Source of the DNA: Cyclobacteriaceae bacterium
Lineage (GTDB): Bacteria; Bacteroidota; Bacteroidia; Cytophagales; Cyclobacteriaceae
Direction of reading: 5' to 3'
NCBI GenBank assembly: GCA_049115695.1
Contig: JAGDZR010000007.1
Coordinates: 27,895-91,894, forward strand
Length of the DNA stretch: 64,000 nt
The notes under the pieces are model-generated. The model saw nothing but the letters and a program-made list of their open reading frames with translations, had not been told where the DNA came from and ran no database searches. Shown here piece after piece: positions 38,081 through 47,798 of the stretch. Numbering within the stretch: the first letter of the stretch is position 1; the number at the start of each line of letters is the position of its first letter. A program made the position numbers and the translations under genes.

Positions 38081-38818
38081 TCAAATTACTTTTGCTTCAC
38101 TTTTCAATAAACCAACAAGTTCATCCATGTTATCCGGATCAATAAGTTTTACATCACCTTTTGCCGGTGGCAATTCGAACTTGCTCACGCTCGTCTTCTC
38201 AGTTTTGTCTGATGGATCAATCACATTCAAAGGCTTGGATCGTGCTGACATGATTCCTCTCATATTTGGGATTTTCCATTCCGCAATTGGTTCCTGACAG
38301 CCTGCAACGAATGGCAACTCAACTGTCATGTATTCCTTACCTCCTTCTATCTCTCTTGAAAGTTTGGCAGTAGTTCCCTCAATTTCCAGGGTCATTACAG
38401 GAGAAAGTGATGGAATACCCAACATCTCTCCGACCATGCCATGCACTTGTCCTCCATTAAAATCAATGGATTCTCTACCCATTAAAATGAGATCATAGCT
38501 GTTTTCCTTTGCAATAGAGGCGATTTGATTGGCTACAAAAAAGGCATCCTGTGGATCTGCGTTTACTCTAATCGCATCATCGGCCCCTATGGCAAGCGCT
38601 TTGCGCAGTGTGGGTTCTGTTTCTGATTCTCCGACGTTCAGGGCGGTTATAGTGCCACCAAGCTGTTCCTTGAGCTCTACAGCTCTTGCCAAAGCGTAAT
38701 CATCGTAGGGTCCGATGATAAATTGAATACCATTCTTATCAAACTTAGTATCGCCATCAGTGAACGATATCTTTGAAGTGGTATCGGGGACATGGGTTAT
38801 GCACACCAGTATTTTCAT
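38081..38818 (-). CDS. etfB: electron transfer flavoprotein subunit beta
   Basis: 245 aa. MKILVCITHVPDT...NPYDDYALA-like pattern (IGPYDDYALARA), then DLILMGRESID. Confidence 0.93.
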   Translation of the reverse strand: MKILVCITHVPDTTSKISFTDGDTKFDKNGIQFIIGPYDDYALARAVELKEQLGGTITALNVGESETEPTLRKALAIGADDAIRVNADPQDAFFVANQIASIAKENSYDLILMGRESIDFNGGQVHGMVGEMLGIPSLSPVMTLEIEGTTAKLSREIEGGKEYMTVELPFVAGCQEPIAEWKIPNMRGIMSARSKPLNVIDPSDKTEKTSVSKFELPPAKGDVKLIDPDNMDELVGLLKSEAKVI

Positions 38819-39005
38819 TGGTTAACTTTAGTTATTTATGATTGCTGTCACCAATATTCAAGTTAAAATATTGATTGTTTATTTGCTCGAAAAAGCCGTC
38901 ACACATTTAAAATCAGTCATTTTGATACTGATTCTTAATCGATGTATTTTGACGTAATTTTGCCCGTGAAGTTAGTCAATATTGAAGTAAATAAAAATCA
39001 ACAAA

Positions 39006-39332
39006 ATGGACATCAACCGTGTTGAGCAACTACAAAAATTCATTCAGGAAACGCCCGATGATCCATTTCCAAAATATGCACTGGGGCTAGAATACAAAAA
39101 CTCAGATCTTACGTCAGCCGCTCAATCATTTGAGACCCTTTTAACCGAGCATCCAGAGTATTTACCAGCATACTATCATGCCGCGGAAGTATTTTGTGAA
39201 CTTAACTTAGTAGAAAAAGTGAAACATATTTACGAACAGGGAATAGATTTAGCGAAAAAGCAGCGTGACCAAAAAGCTTTAAGTGAACTCCAGAATGCCT
39301 TTCAAAATTTCCTATTTGAGTATGACCATTAG
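39006..39332 (+). CDS. small TPR-like protein
   Basis: 108 aa, all-helical, with TPR-like repeats (PKYALGLEYKNSDLTSAAQSFETLLTEHPEYLPAYYHAAEVF). Confidence 0.55.
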   Translation: MDINRVEQLQKFIQETPDDPFPKYALGLEYKNSDLTSAAQSFETLLTEHPEYLPAYYHAAEVFCELNLVEKVKHIYEQGIDLAKKQRDQKALSELQNAFQNFLFEYDH

Positions 39333-40315
39333 GGTTCCCAGGTAATTACAATTTTCCCAAGGTGATCGTGTGCCTTGAATCTATCAAAAGCTTCCAAATA
39401 ATTACTCGTGGTAAAAACCCTGTCTATTGTCGGAGTTATTTGATTTTTGTTCACGAAATCAACCATTTCAAGGAATTGGTCATCAGAGGCCATCGTAGAA
39501 CCCAGCACATCTATTTGTTGCCAAAACAGTTTCCTGATATCGAAATCGGGCGTTTTACCTGTGGTTCCTCCATAGATAACAATCTTACCTCCTGGATTTA
39601 CAATACTGAGATATTCATTAAGACTAGCGCCAGCGGCACTGTCAATCACCAGGTCAACCTTTCCCTGGCTTGATAGTTGGTTTGCCCAATCATCATCGTG
39701 ATAGTTGAAGCCCTTCGCAGCACCCAGATCACAAGCCCTATCAATTTTATCCTGATTACCTGAAGTAACAAAAACTTTGCAACCATGTGAAAGTGCAAAT
39801 TGTAAAGCAAATTGCGATACTCCTCCACCAATACCTGTCACCAACACCCTATTCTCAGGTTTCAGCCTACCTCGGTAAAAAAGAGCTCTATATGCTGTCA
39901 TGCCAGCTAATGGTAACCCAGCTGCTTGTTCCCAATTGAGGTGGCCGGGTTTCTCCGCTAGTCGGTCAACTGGTACCGTGATGAATTCTGATAAGGTACC
40001 ATGATGTGGCATGCCAAGAATCGTATAATCGGTTCGCTGCGCACGATCATTTGGACCCCAGCTTTGATTAGGATTGACAATGACTTCCTTGTTCATCCAT
40101 TGTGATGGCCCCTTAATCACAATGCCAGCTCCATCAGACCCAAGAGTTACCCCTGGTTTAATACCTGGATACAAACCTTCTCGGATCCATTGATCTCTAC
40201 GGTTAAGAGCAGAAGCCTTTAATTGAATCAGACATTCACCATCGCCGGGAATCGGAACATCGATTTCAAGCAACGCGATTGATTCATTTCCGCCGGAGTA
40301 TTGAATCGCCTTCAT
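39329..40315 (-). CDS. zinc-type alcohol dehydrogenase/quinone oxidoreductase (MDR superfamily)
   Basis: 328 aa with a GroES-like N-terminus and the Rossmann motif VLVTGIGGGVSQFALQFA. The start abuts the dnaB stop. Confidence 0.88.
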   Translation of the reverse strand: MKAIQYSGGNESIALLEIDVPIPGDGECLIQLKASALNRRDQWIREGLYPGIKPGVTLGSDGAGIVIKGPSQWMNKEVIVNPNQSWGPNDRAQRTDYTILGMPHHGTLSEFITVPVDRLAEKPGHLNWEQAAGLPLAGMTAYRALFYRGRLKPENRVLVTGIGGGVSQFALQFALSHGCKVFVTSGNQDKIDRACDLGAAKGFNYHDDDWANQLSSQGKVDLVIDSAAGASLNEYLSIVNPGGKIVIYGGTTGKTPDFDIRKLFWQQIDVLGSTMASDDQFLEMVDFVNKNQITPTIDRVFTTSNYLEAFDRFKAHDHLGKIVITWEP

Positions 40316-41872
40316 TTAGAATGGCATTTCTCCTCCCGGAGTGTCAGTTTCACCTTGTGCGCTTCCTTTGCTTGGCAGGGTAATGGTAAAATCGGAGTTA
40401 CTTCCCGATCCACCCCCTGACGCTGACGGGAACGGTGTACCATAGCTTTCACTAAAGGAAGGATCCAGATCAGCAAATTTGGTAAACTTACCGATGAACT
40501 TAAGCGGCACTGTCTCTGTTTGACCATTTCTATGCTTCGCAATGATCACTTCACCCATCCCATTGAGTGGAGTACCATCCTCTGACTGGGTAATACCGTA
40601 GTACTCAGCTCGATATAGAAATATCACCATATCTGCATCCTGCTCAATTGAGCCAGATTCCCTCAAATCAGAGAGCATAGGCTTTTTGTCTCCACCTCTG
40701 GTTTCAACAGATCTACTCAACTGAGAAAGCGCCAGGACTGGCACATTCAATTCCTTGGCAATACCTTTAAGCGCTCGCGAAATTGATGCAATTTCCTGCT
40801 CTCTATTGCCTCCACCCTTGGAGGTATCTCCGGACATCAACTGCAAATAATCGATGATGATCATCTTCACATCATGTTGAGCAACCAGTCTTCTGGCTTT
40901 CGCCCTCAATTCCAGAATCGAAAGACCTGGTGTATCATCGATAAAGATTGGAGCATCAGACAACTTGGAAGTTTTGTGCAAAAGCTGCTCCCATTCGTAA
41001 TCCGCAAGTTTGCCTGTTTTGATTTTTTCACTTTCCAATTCAGCTTCAGCAGAAATGAGTCTATTGACCAATTGAACAGACGACATCTCAAGTGAAAATA
41101 TCGCTACACCATGTCCATGATCTACAGCTGCGTTTCTCATGGCTGATACCACAAAAGCCGTTTTACCCATACCCGGTCTGGCAGCAATGATCACCAGATC
41201 AGACGGCTGCCAACCAGCCGTCACTCTATCCAAAGCAGTAAACCCCGATGGAATTCCTGTTAGGCCATCTGTCTTATCCTTTCTTTCTGTTAATTCATCA
41301 ATCGCTCGCGTAAGCAAATCGCTCATTTTATCGTAGTTCTTACGAATGTGCGATTCCGAAACATCAAACAATGATTGTTCTGCTCGATCAAGCAAATTGA
41401 AAACGTCTACCGTGTCTTCATATGCATCATGCTGTATTTCAGAAGATATTTTGATTAGCTCCCGCTTAATAGATTGTTCTGAAATAATTCTGGCATGAAA
41501 CTCAATATTGGCGGCTGAGTTTACACGTGTCGTCAGTTCAGCTATGTAGTAGGCTCCTCCAACAATTTCCAGGTTTCCATTTCGCCTGAGCTGATGAGTA
41601 ACTGTCTTGATATCAACAGGTTCACTATTGTTAAATAACTGAACAATTCCTTCATAAATATGCTGATGCGCCTCTCTATAAAAGCTTTGAGGTTTGAGAA
41701 TATCAATAACGGTTGTCAAGGCGTCCCGCTCTAACATCAAAGCACCTAGCACTGCTTCTTCAATGTCAACAGCCTGGGGTGGTAGCTTTCCTAACATGTC
41801 GACCGGCTCTTTTACCTGCATTCTTCGGGCTTTGGTTGATGACACAGGGAGAGAGGGCTTGGAGCTTTCCAT
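40316..41872 (-). CDS. dnaB: replicative DNA helicase DnaB with about 50-aa Gly/Ser-rich C-terminal tail
   Basis: N-terminal PPQAVDIEEAVLGALML, Walker A AARPGMGKTAF and Walker B IIIDYLQLM. Start is the ATG at 41872; a TTG one codon upstream at 41875 is the track start. Confidence 0.96.
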   Translation of the reverse strand: MESSKPSLPVSSTKARRMQVKEPVDMLGKLPPQAVDIEEAVLGALMLERDALTTVIDILKPQSFYREAHQHIYEGIVQLFNNSEPVDIKTVTHQLRRNGNLEIVGGAYYIAELTTRVNSAANIEFHARIISEQSIKRELIKISSEIQHDAYEDTVDVFNLLDRAEQSLFDVSESHIRKNYDKMSDLLTRAIDELTERKDKTDGLTGIPSGFTALDRVTAGWQPSDLVIIAARPGMGKTAFVVSAMRNAAVDHGHGVAIFSLEMSSVQLVNRLISAEAELESEKIKTGKLADYEWEQLLHKTSKLSDAPIFIDDTPGLSILELRAKARRLVAQHDVKMIIIDYLQLMSGDTSKGGGNREQEIASISRALKGIAKELNVPVLALSQLSRSVETRGGDKKPMLSDLRESGSIEQDADMVIFLYRAEYYGITQSEDGTPLNGMGEVIIAKHRNGQTETVPLKFIGKFTKFADLDPSFSESYGTPFPSASGGGSGSNSDFTITLPSKGSAQGETDTPGGEMPF

Positions 41873-41978
41873 CAAAAATAATTAAGTTGTATTTTGGTTA
41901 ACAATCTGAAAAGGGACACAAACGTAGCGATGTTGTATATCAATTTCGGGAGATTCCGCATTTAAAGTTACCCAACAG

Positions 41979-42000
41979 ATATCCACAAATGTTATCCACA
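41979..42000 (+). promoter_or_regulatory. two direct DnaA boxes (ATATCCACA, TTATCCACA)
   Basis: Read directly. 41992-42000 matches the TTATCCACA consensus perfectly, and 41979-41987 matches 8 of 9. Both lie in the divergent region between dnaB and the 42069 ORF. Confidence 0.5.
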
Positions 42001-42068
42001 TTAGTTAAAGGTCTTTATGTTTGTCCTACTTCATTTTTATGGTATTTTTGGAGTACAACCAACACTTC

Positions 42069-42671
42069 ATGAGTCTAGATTTAAATTCAATTCAGAATAA
42101 GCAACGAGTTCTAATTACGGGCAACAGTGGCCGCCACAAAATCATCAAGTTGGCCATCCATGTTTTGGACCATATAGGTAAACCTTATGACTACTATATA
42201 GATGACACAGACTGCAAACTCACTGATGCACCGATCATTTTTATTGATGGTAATGATGAGAAGGGATCAGACGGTCGTGCAAAGTTCAATCAATACGATC
42301 ATCATATTGCTGTTATTCACCGTATATCTAAAGAGGCCATACCAGAAGGTTATGTGTCACATGACGACTATACCGAGCAATATGAATTGCTTGCAGATCA
42401 TACACCAAAAAGTGGCTCCATCATTTACAATAAAGAAGACAATGTCGCCATGATGGTCGGTGAAAAAGAAAGACCTGATGTCCATTTGTTGATCTATGAG
42501 CCTGTAGAAAATCAAAAGGTAGCTGATGGATTTAAAGTTAACGGATCAATCGAAATCAACACTACAAACGATCAATTCCCCGCTCATTTAGGAGCTGTCA
42601 AAACGCTTCTTAATCGGGTCTCTGTCCGTGATGAGCAGGTTTATGACTCATTGAAAACCTTCAAAGACTAA
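42069..42671 (+). CDS. hypothetical protein
   Basis: The ORF is open from 42021 (TTG). The ATG at 42069 (MSLDLNSIQNKQRVLITGNSG...) is preferred. I recognise no confident domain. Confidence 0.55.
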   Translation: MSLDLNSIQNKQRVLITGNSGRHKIIKLAIHVLDHIGKPYDYYIDDTDCKLTDAPIIFIDGNDEKGSDGRAKFNQYDHHIAVIHRISKEAIPEGYVSHDDYTEQYELLADHTPKSGSIIYNKEDNVAMMVGEKERPDVHLLIYEPVENQKVADGFKVNGSIEINTTNDQFPAHLGAVKTLLNRVSVRDEQVYDSLKTFKD

Positions 42672-42674
42672 CAC

Positions 42675-43478
42675 GTGCAGTTAAAATTGAAAAGTCCGCT
42701 GGTTGTATTTGACCTAGAAACAACTGGCACTAACGTATCCAAGGACCGCATTGTAGAAATCGCAATGATCAAAGTGATGCCAGATGGTGAGGTAGAAGAG
42801 AAATGCCGAAAAATTAACCCAACAATTCCTATCCCACTCGAAACCAGTCTGATTCATGGTATTTATGATGATGACGTAAAAGATGAACCATCTTTTAAGC
42901 AGGTAGCACGATCCATGGAGCAATACCTGCAGGGATGTGATCTTGGCGGATTCAATATTCTCAAGTTTGATGTTCCATTATTGGTTGAAGAATTCCTGAG
43001 AGCAGACGTAGATTTCGATATTAGCAACAGAAAGCTACTCGACGCTCAAAAGATTTTCCATATGATGGAAAAAAGAAATTTAACTGCCGCTTACAAATTC
43101 TATTGTGATAAAACACTCGAAAACGCACACAGTGCCTTAGCTGATACGCAGGCAACCTATGAAGTTTTCAAGGCCCAGGTTGAACGATATGAGGGCAAAG
43201 AGGTTAAAGATTTACTGGGTAATGATTTAGGTGTCATTGAAAATGACATGGAAATCATTGATGGGTTGATGAACAAACAAATGGTTGATCTTGCTGGTCG
43301 AATGATTTTAGATAAAGATGGAATTGAAGTGTTTAACTTTGGCAAACACAGAGGGAAAAAAGTTGCTGATGTACTCAAAAAAGAACCATCATTTTATGAT
43401 TGGATGATGAAAGGTGATTTCCCTTTGGACACCAAAAGAAAGCTAACTCAACTTCGATTGCGTAGTTTTAATCAATAA
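42675..43478 (+). CDS. DnaQ-like 3-prime-5-prime exonuclease with DUF3820-like C-terminal domain
   Basis: 267 aa with a GTG start. Exo I VVFDLETTG, Exo II GFNILKFDVPLL and Exo III HSALADT. C-terminal FGKHRGKKVADV...YDWMM motif. Confidence 0.85.
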   Translation: MQLKLKSPLVVFDLETTGTNVSKDRIVEIAMIKVMPDGEVEEKCRKINPTIPIPLETSLIHGIYDDDVKDEPSFKQVARSMEQYLQGCDLGGFNILKFDVPLLVEEFLRADVDFDISNRKLLDAQKIFHMMEKRNLTAAYKFYCDKTLENAHSALADTQATYEVFKAQVERYEGKEVKDLLGNDLGVIENDMEIIDGLMNKQMVDLAGRMILDKDGIEVFNFGKHRGKKVADVLKKEPSFYDWMMKGDFPLDTKRKLTQLRLRSFNQ

Positions 43479-43535
43479 AGATTAGGTCTAACCCCGGACT
43501 ATGATTCGTGCCTTACGCTAAATGAATTAATAAAA

Positions 43536-45713
43536 ATGTCAAAGACGATAATCGTTTCAAACCGACTTCCTATTAAGATCAAGGAAGAAAAAGGTAAACT
43601 AGTATATAATGCAAGCGAAGGAGGACTTGCCACTGGTCTTGGATCGATATTCAAAGATGGTGATAATGTCTGGGTTGGTTGGCCAGGCCTGGCAGTAAGC
43701 AAAACCTCACAAAAGAAGGACATTGTTAAAAACCTTCATAAGGAACACATGAAACCTGTTTTTCTGAGCACGGCAGAAATTGAGGATTTCTATGAAGGTT
43801 TTAGTAATGAAACGCTCTGGCCAAATTTTCACTATTTCAACCAGTACTCGGTTTACAATGAAGAATTGTGGCAGGCCTATAAAAAGGTCAATAAGAAATT
43901 TGCAAAAGAAGTCAGCGAAATTGTGAAGGATGGTGATACGATTTGGGTGCATGATTACCAACTACTTTTGCTTCCTGAAATGCTTAGGGAAAAACATCCT
44001 AACGTTTCAATTGGCTTTTTCCTGCACATACCATTTCCATCCTACGAGTCGTTTCGACTGCTCCCCTGGAGACGTGAATTGCTGAATGGAATGTTAGGGT
44101 CCGACTTCTTAGGTTTTCATACCTATGATGACATGCGACATTTCCTTTCATCAGTGAGCAGACTTGCGGGAATGGGTAATCGTAACGGACAAATCACGGT
44201 TAAAAATCGAGTCGTTATGGTGGATGCCCTTCCAATGGGTATTGACTATGAAAAATATGAAAAATCTGCATCTTCTGCGGATACACTAGCAAGAGAAGTT
44301 AGATACAGAACATCAATTGGACAGGTAAAACTCATGTTGTCAATTGATCGATTGGACTACTCAAAAGGCATTCCGCAGAGATTAATGGCTTTTGAACAAT
44401 TTCTGGAAGATTACCCCGAGTTTAGAGAAAAGGTTTCATTTCTGATGATCGTAGTACCTTCTCGAGATACAGTTCCGAAATACAAACAGCTCAAAGAAGA
44501 AATTGACCTAATGGCGGGTCGCATTAACAGTAAATACGCGCGTCTCAATTGGACTCCTGTTCACTATTTCTACAGGAGCTTTCCATTGCCTGCACTCTCC
44601 GCATTCTATAGGATGTCACATGTTGCGTTGGTGACTCCAATGAGAGACGGCATGAACCTCGTATGTAAGGAATACATTGCCAGTAAGCTGGACAAAAAAG
44701 GCGTACTGATTCTAAGTGAGATGGCAGGGGCATCAAAGGAACTATCTGAAGCCATCATTATCAATCCTAATGATCTTAGTCAACAGGTTGAAGCGATGCA
44801 CGATGCACTGATCATGCCTGAAGAAGAGCAAATGGCTCACATGGAGGTCATGCAAGACTCACTCAAACGGTATAATATTCATCAATGGGTCAAAATTTTC
44901 ATGGAACGACTCGAGTTCGTGAAAAAATCGAACCAATCGTTAAAAACTCGCATCATTGATGACATCTTGGAAGATCAGATTCTCAGAGATTATAAAAAAG
45001 CTGAAAGTAGACTGATATTCCTGGACTATGATGGGACATTGGCTGGATTCAGTCCGAATCCCGACTCAGTAAGACCCGACAAAGAATTAAAAAGCATACT
45101 TTCTAAAATTACCGCAGACCCTAAGAACAATATTGTCATCATCAGCGGAAGAGGTAGAAATACACTTGAGGAATGGATGAAGGATTATGATCTTGAAATT
45201 GTGGCCGAACATGGTGTATGGATCAAAAGAAAGAATAAAGAGTTTGAAACTATCATCCGTTTAAATGACGGCTGGAAAGTTGAAGTCATGAACTTACTGG
45301 AACAATATGTAAATCGGACGCCTGGATCTTTTGTCGAAAAGAAGGACTATTCACTGGTTTGGCACTATCGTAAGGTTGAAACAGGACTCGGTGAGGTCAG
45401 AACAAGAGAATTGACCAGTCACCTAAAATACATTACGGCAGATAAGAATTTACAAGTTCTGGAAGGCGACATGGTTGTCGAGATCAAGAATAGCGAAGTG
45501 AATAAAGGAAAAGGAGCAAGGTTATTGCTGGATGCTCATAAATCGGATTTTGTCATGGCCTGTGGTGATGACTGGACGGATGAAGACACTTTTAAAGTCA
45601 TGCCCGATCACGCATACTCCATTAAAGTCGGTGGAGCTGCATCTGCTGCCAAGTATAGCGTCACAGGAGTCGAAGACATTAGGAGTCTACTCAAAAAGCT
45701 GACAAAAAAATAA
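43536..45713 (+). CDS. otsA: bifunctional trehalose-6-phosphate synthase / trehalose-phosphatase (OtsA-OtsB fusion)
   Basis: 725 aa. GT20 domain (IIVSNRLP...GGLATGL...[12 protein letters not shown]...NLVCKEY) is followed by a HAD phosphatase domain ([11 protein letters not shown] ... GDDWTDED). Confidence 0.93.
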   Translation: MSKTIIVSNRLPIKIKEEKGKLVYNASEGGLATGLGSIFKDGDNVWVGWPGLAVSKTSQKKDIVKNLHKEHMKPVFLSTAEIEDFYEGFSNETLWPNFHYFNQYSVYNEELWQAYKKVNKKFAKEVSEIVKDGDTIWVHDYQLLLLPEMLREKHPNVSIGFFLHIPFPSYESFRLLPWRRELLNGMLGSDFLGFHTYDDMRHFLSSVSRLAGMGNRNGQITVKNRVVMVDALPMGIDYEKYEKSASSADTLAREVRYRTSIGQVKLMLSIDRLDYSKGIPQRLMAFEQFLEDYPEFREKVSFLMIVVPSRDTVPKYKQLKEEIDLMAGRINSKYARLNWTPVHYFYRSFPLPALSAFYRMSHVALVTPMRDGMNLVCKEYIASKLDKKGVLILSEMAGASKELSEAIIINPNDLSQQVEAMHDALIMPEEEQMAHMEVMQDSLKRYNIHQWVKIFMERLEFVKKSNQSLKTRIIDDILEDQILRDYKKAESRLIFLDYDGTLAGFSPNPDSVRPDKELKSILSKITADPKNNIVIISGRGRNTLEEWMKDYDLEIVAEHGVWIKRKNKEFETIIRLNDGWKVEVMNLLEQYVNRTPGSFVEKKDYSLVWHYRKVETGLGEVRTRELTSHLKYITADKNLQVLEGDMVVEIKNSEVNKGKGARLLLDAHKSDFVMACGDDWTDEDTFKVMPDHAYSIKVGGAASAAKYSVTGVEDIRSLLKKLTKK

Positions 45714-45715
45714 AA

Positions 45716-45753
45716 AAAGGCTGTGAGGTGAATGAATTCACCTCACAGCCTTT
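45716..45753. terminator. bidirectional terminator, perfect 17-bp stem
   Basis: AAAGGCTGTGAGGTGAA (45716-45732), loop TGAA, TTCACCTCACAGCCTTT (45737-45753). An A-run lies on one side and a T-start on the other. It sits between the convergent otsAB and GH15 genes. Confidence 0.85.
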
Positions 45754-45780
45754 AATACACTACAATATTATTATTTTAAT

Positions 45781-47562
45781 TTAGAGAAAAGATGGCTGAT
45801 CCAACTTCTTAGCGATTCTCGTTGCTGCATTGAGCAAACCCACATGGCTATAAGCCTGAGGAAAATTCCCCCACATACTGCCATCACTTTCTTTTACATC
45901 TTCACTTAACAATCCTACATGGTTACTATAAGATACAAGATTTTCGAAGTACTTAATCGCTTCATCCAATCGCCCGACACAGGCTAGTGCTTCCACATAC
46001 CAAAATGCACAAATCAAAAATGTTGTCTCAGGCTCACCAAAGTCATCCTGATGCTTATAACGATAAAACAATCCACCTTCGGCCGCTAATTCAGCTTCCA
46101 TAGCCTTTAAATGATCCTTGGCTGCTTGTGTATGTCCTGGGAGGTAATTCATCATAATCAACTGCAAAGTACTAGCATCCATTCGTTCTACTCCAGCCGC
46201 CTGCGAATATCCTTTCTTAGAAGGTACATAACACTTCTCAATCATTACTTTCGATCGCTCCATTAACCTGGTGGCCAACTCACCCATTTCCTGATCTTTG
46301 ATCACTTTGGCAATCTTGATGGCTGCACTACTGCCTGCCCAATGAAACAAATAGGTATAGCAATGATGCTGTGCCAGATTTCGGAACTCCCAAAGACCAG
46401 CATCTTTTTCATCAAAAGTCTTTTCAATCATACGGAGTGTCTTCATAATTAGCTCAGATGAATCAAAACGGTCCGTGAAAATGATGCGCTTGTCGGCATA
46501 TAAAGGAAGTAAGGAAATAAGTACCTGTCCATATACATCATTTTGAATATGTGTATAGGCCTGATTTCCTACCCTAACAGGTTGTTCTCCTTTGTAACCT
46601 TTCAAATCGATTGAATTCTCAATCAGGTGCTTCTCTCCCGAAATACCATAAAGCGGTTGATACCTATTCGTCTCATCACTTGTGGTATTGACAATGTATT
46701 GAAAATACTGTTCAAGCTCTTCGAAGTGACCGGCATTATTAAAAGCATTCAGCGTATAGAATGTATCCCGCATCCAACAAAAACGATAATCCCAATTTCT
46801 GGTACTACCCGGAGACTCAGGCAAGCTGGTTGTTGTCGCCGCTACAATAGCACCCGTATCTTCATACTGATGAATTTTCAGAATAAGTGCCGATCGTATC
46901 GCCTCTCGCTGGTAGAAGTTTACAATACTTGCGGTCTTTACCCAACCTCTCCAATATTGTTTTGTCTTAGTAAGGAACAGCTCCGCAGTTTCAGCTAATG
47001 ATGCTTCAAGTGGGGGTCCATAGGTCAGTGTAAGGTATTTAGTATCATTCAGGATGAAAGATTGATCGTTGACAATATAATTAAGGGCAATATTGGTAGT
47101 GAGCCTGACATGGGCATCCAATCCGAGGAATCTAATATGATTACTTCCCATGCTTGCTTCTGGCACCACATTTCCATAGTCTCCCACCGGTTTGCACTTT
47201 ACCTGCACACGCGGATTACCTTCGATTCTTTCAATCTTCCTTGTGAACATCAACGGTTTATAGTAGCGATCTGATTGAAAAAATCTGGGTGCAAAATCCG
47301 TCACCGCATAAATACCATCATCACTGGTGACAACTGTCCGCAGGATATTGGTATTTTCAATATAAGACTGCTCGGTTGTGAAGTTCTGATGAGGGGGTTG
47401 AATAGAGAATTCGCCACCCTTCTCTTCGTCCAACATTTTTCCGAAAATGAAACTTGAATCAAATCTAGGCCAGCACATCCAGCTCACATTTGTATCCTTA
47501 TGGATATGTGCTGTAAAGGCGCAATTACCAATCACTCCGAAATCATACGTATGTCTACTCAT
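45781..47562 (-). CDS. glycoside hydrolase family 15 protein (glucoamylase/trehalase-like)
   Basis: 593 aa. N-terminal YDFGVIGNCAFTAHIHKDTNVSWMCWPRFDSSFIFGKML pattern of GH15 trehalase-like enzymes, followed by an (alpha/alpha)6 catalytic region. Confidence 0.9.
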   Translation of the reverse strand: MSRHTYDFGVIGNCAFTAHIHKDTNVSWMCWPRFDSSFIFGKMLDEEKGGEFSIQPPHQNFTTEQSYIENTNILRTVVTSDDGIYAVTDFAPRFFQSDRYYKPLMFTRKIERIEGNPRVQVKCKPVGDYGNVVPEASMGSNHIRFLGLDAHVRLTTNIALNYIVNDQSFILNDTKYLTLTYGPPLEASLAETAELFLTKTKQYWRGWVKTASIVNFYQREAIRSALILKIHQYEDTGAIVAATTTSLPESPGSTRNWDYRFCWMRDTFYTLNAFNNAGHFEELEQYFQYIVNTTSDETNRYQPLYGISGEKHLIENSIDLKGYKGEQPVRVGNQAYTHIQNDVYGQVLISLLPLYADKRIIFTDRFDSSELIMKTLRMIEKTFDEKDAGLWEFRNLAQHHCYTYLFHWAGSSAAIKIAKVIKDQEMGELATRLMERSKVMIEKCYVPSKKGYSQAAGVERMDASTLQLIMMNYLPGHTQAAKDHLKAMEAELAAEGGLFYRYKHQDDFGEPETTFLICAFWYVEALACVGRLDEAIKYFENLVSYSNHVGLLSEDVKESDGSMWGNFPQAYSHVGLLNAATRIAKKLDQPSFL

Positions 47563-47798
47563 CCCTTTTTAATATTTCAGCTAATAAATTGAATAATAAT
47601 CAATATAACAAGATAATATTAACCACTTATCAAATTTTAAAGTATTTAATTAAGACTTTCATAATTGATGATTAAATAAAATATAACTGGTATATAAAGT
47701 TATAATGGACAAAACATTAGATCAGGAAGTAAAACTGTGAGTTCTTAAAAATTGTCTCGATCGCTAATTATATACAAAGTGCGATTTGATTATATTTG

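Noticed and set aside
40312-40542. 76-aa minus-strand ORF in an alternative frame over the dnaB tail and the start of the next gene.
   Set aside because: It is in the same region as the dnaB reading frame, which continues with consistent composition. The alternative-frame product is Arg/Leu-rich nonsense.
41876-42068. Possible oriC, because of DnaA boxes next to dnaB.
   Set aside because: Only two boxes are present. There is no clear multi-box array, no 13-mer-like DUE repeats and no dnaA or dnaN gene nearby. A regulatory site is more parsimonious. It is kept as a finding, not as an origin.
47705-47740. 11-codon mini-ORF (MDKTLDQEVKL) in the AT-rich spacer, as a possible leader peptide.
   Set aside because: It is too short to support from sequence alone, and no attenuator-like alternative hairpins are evident.
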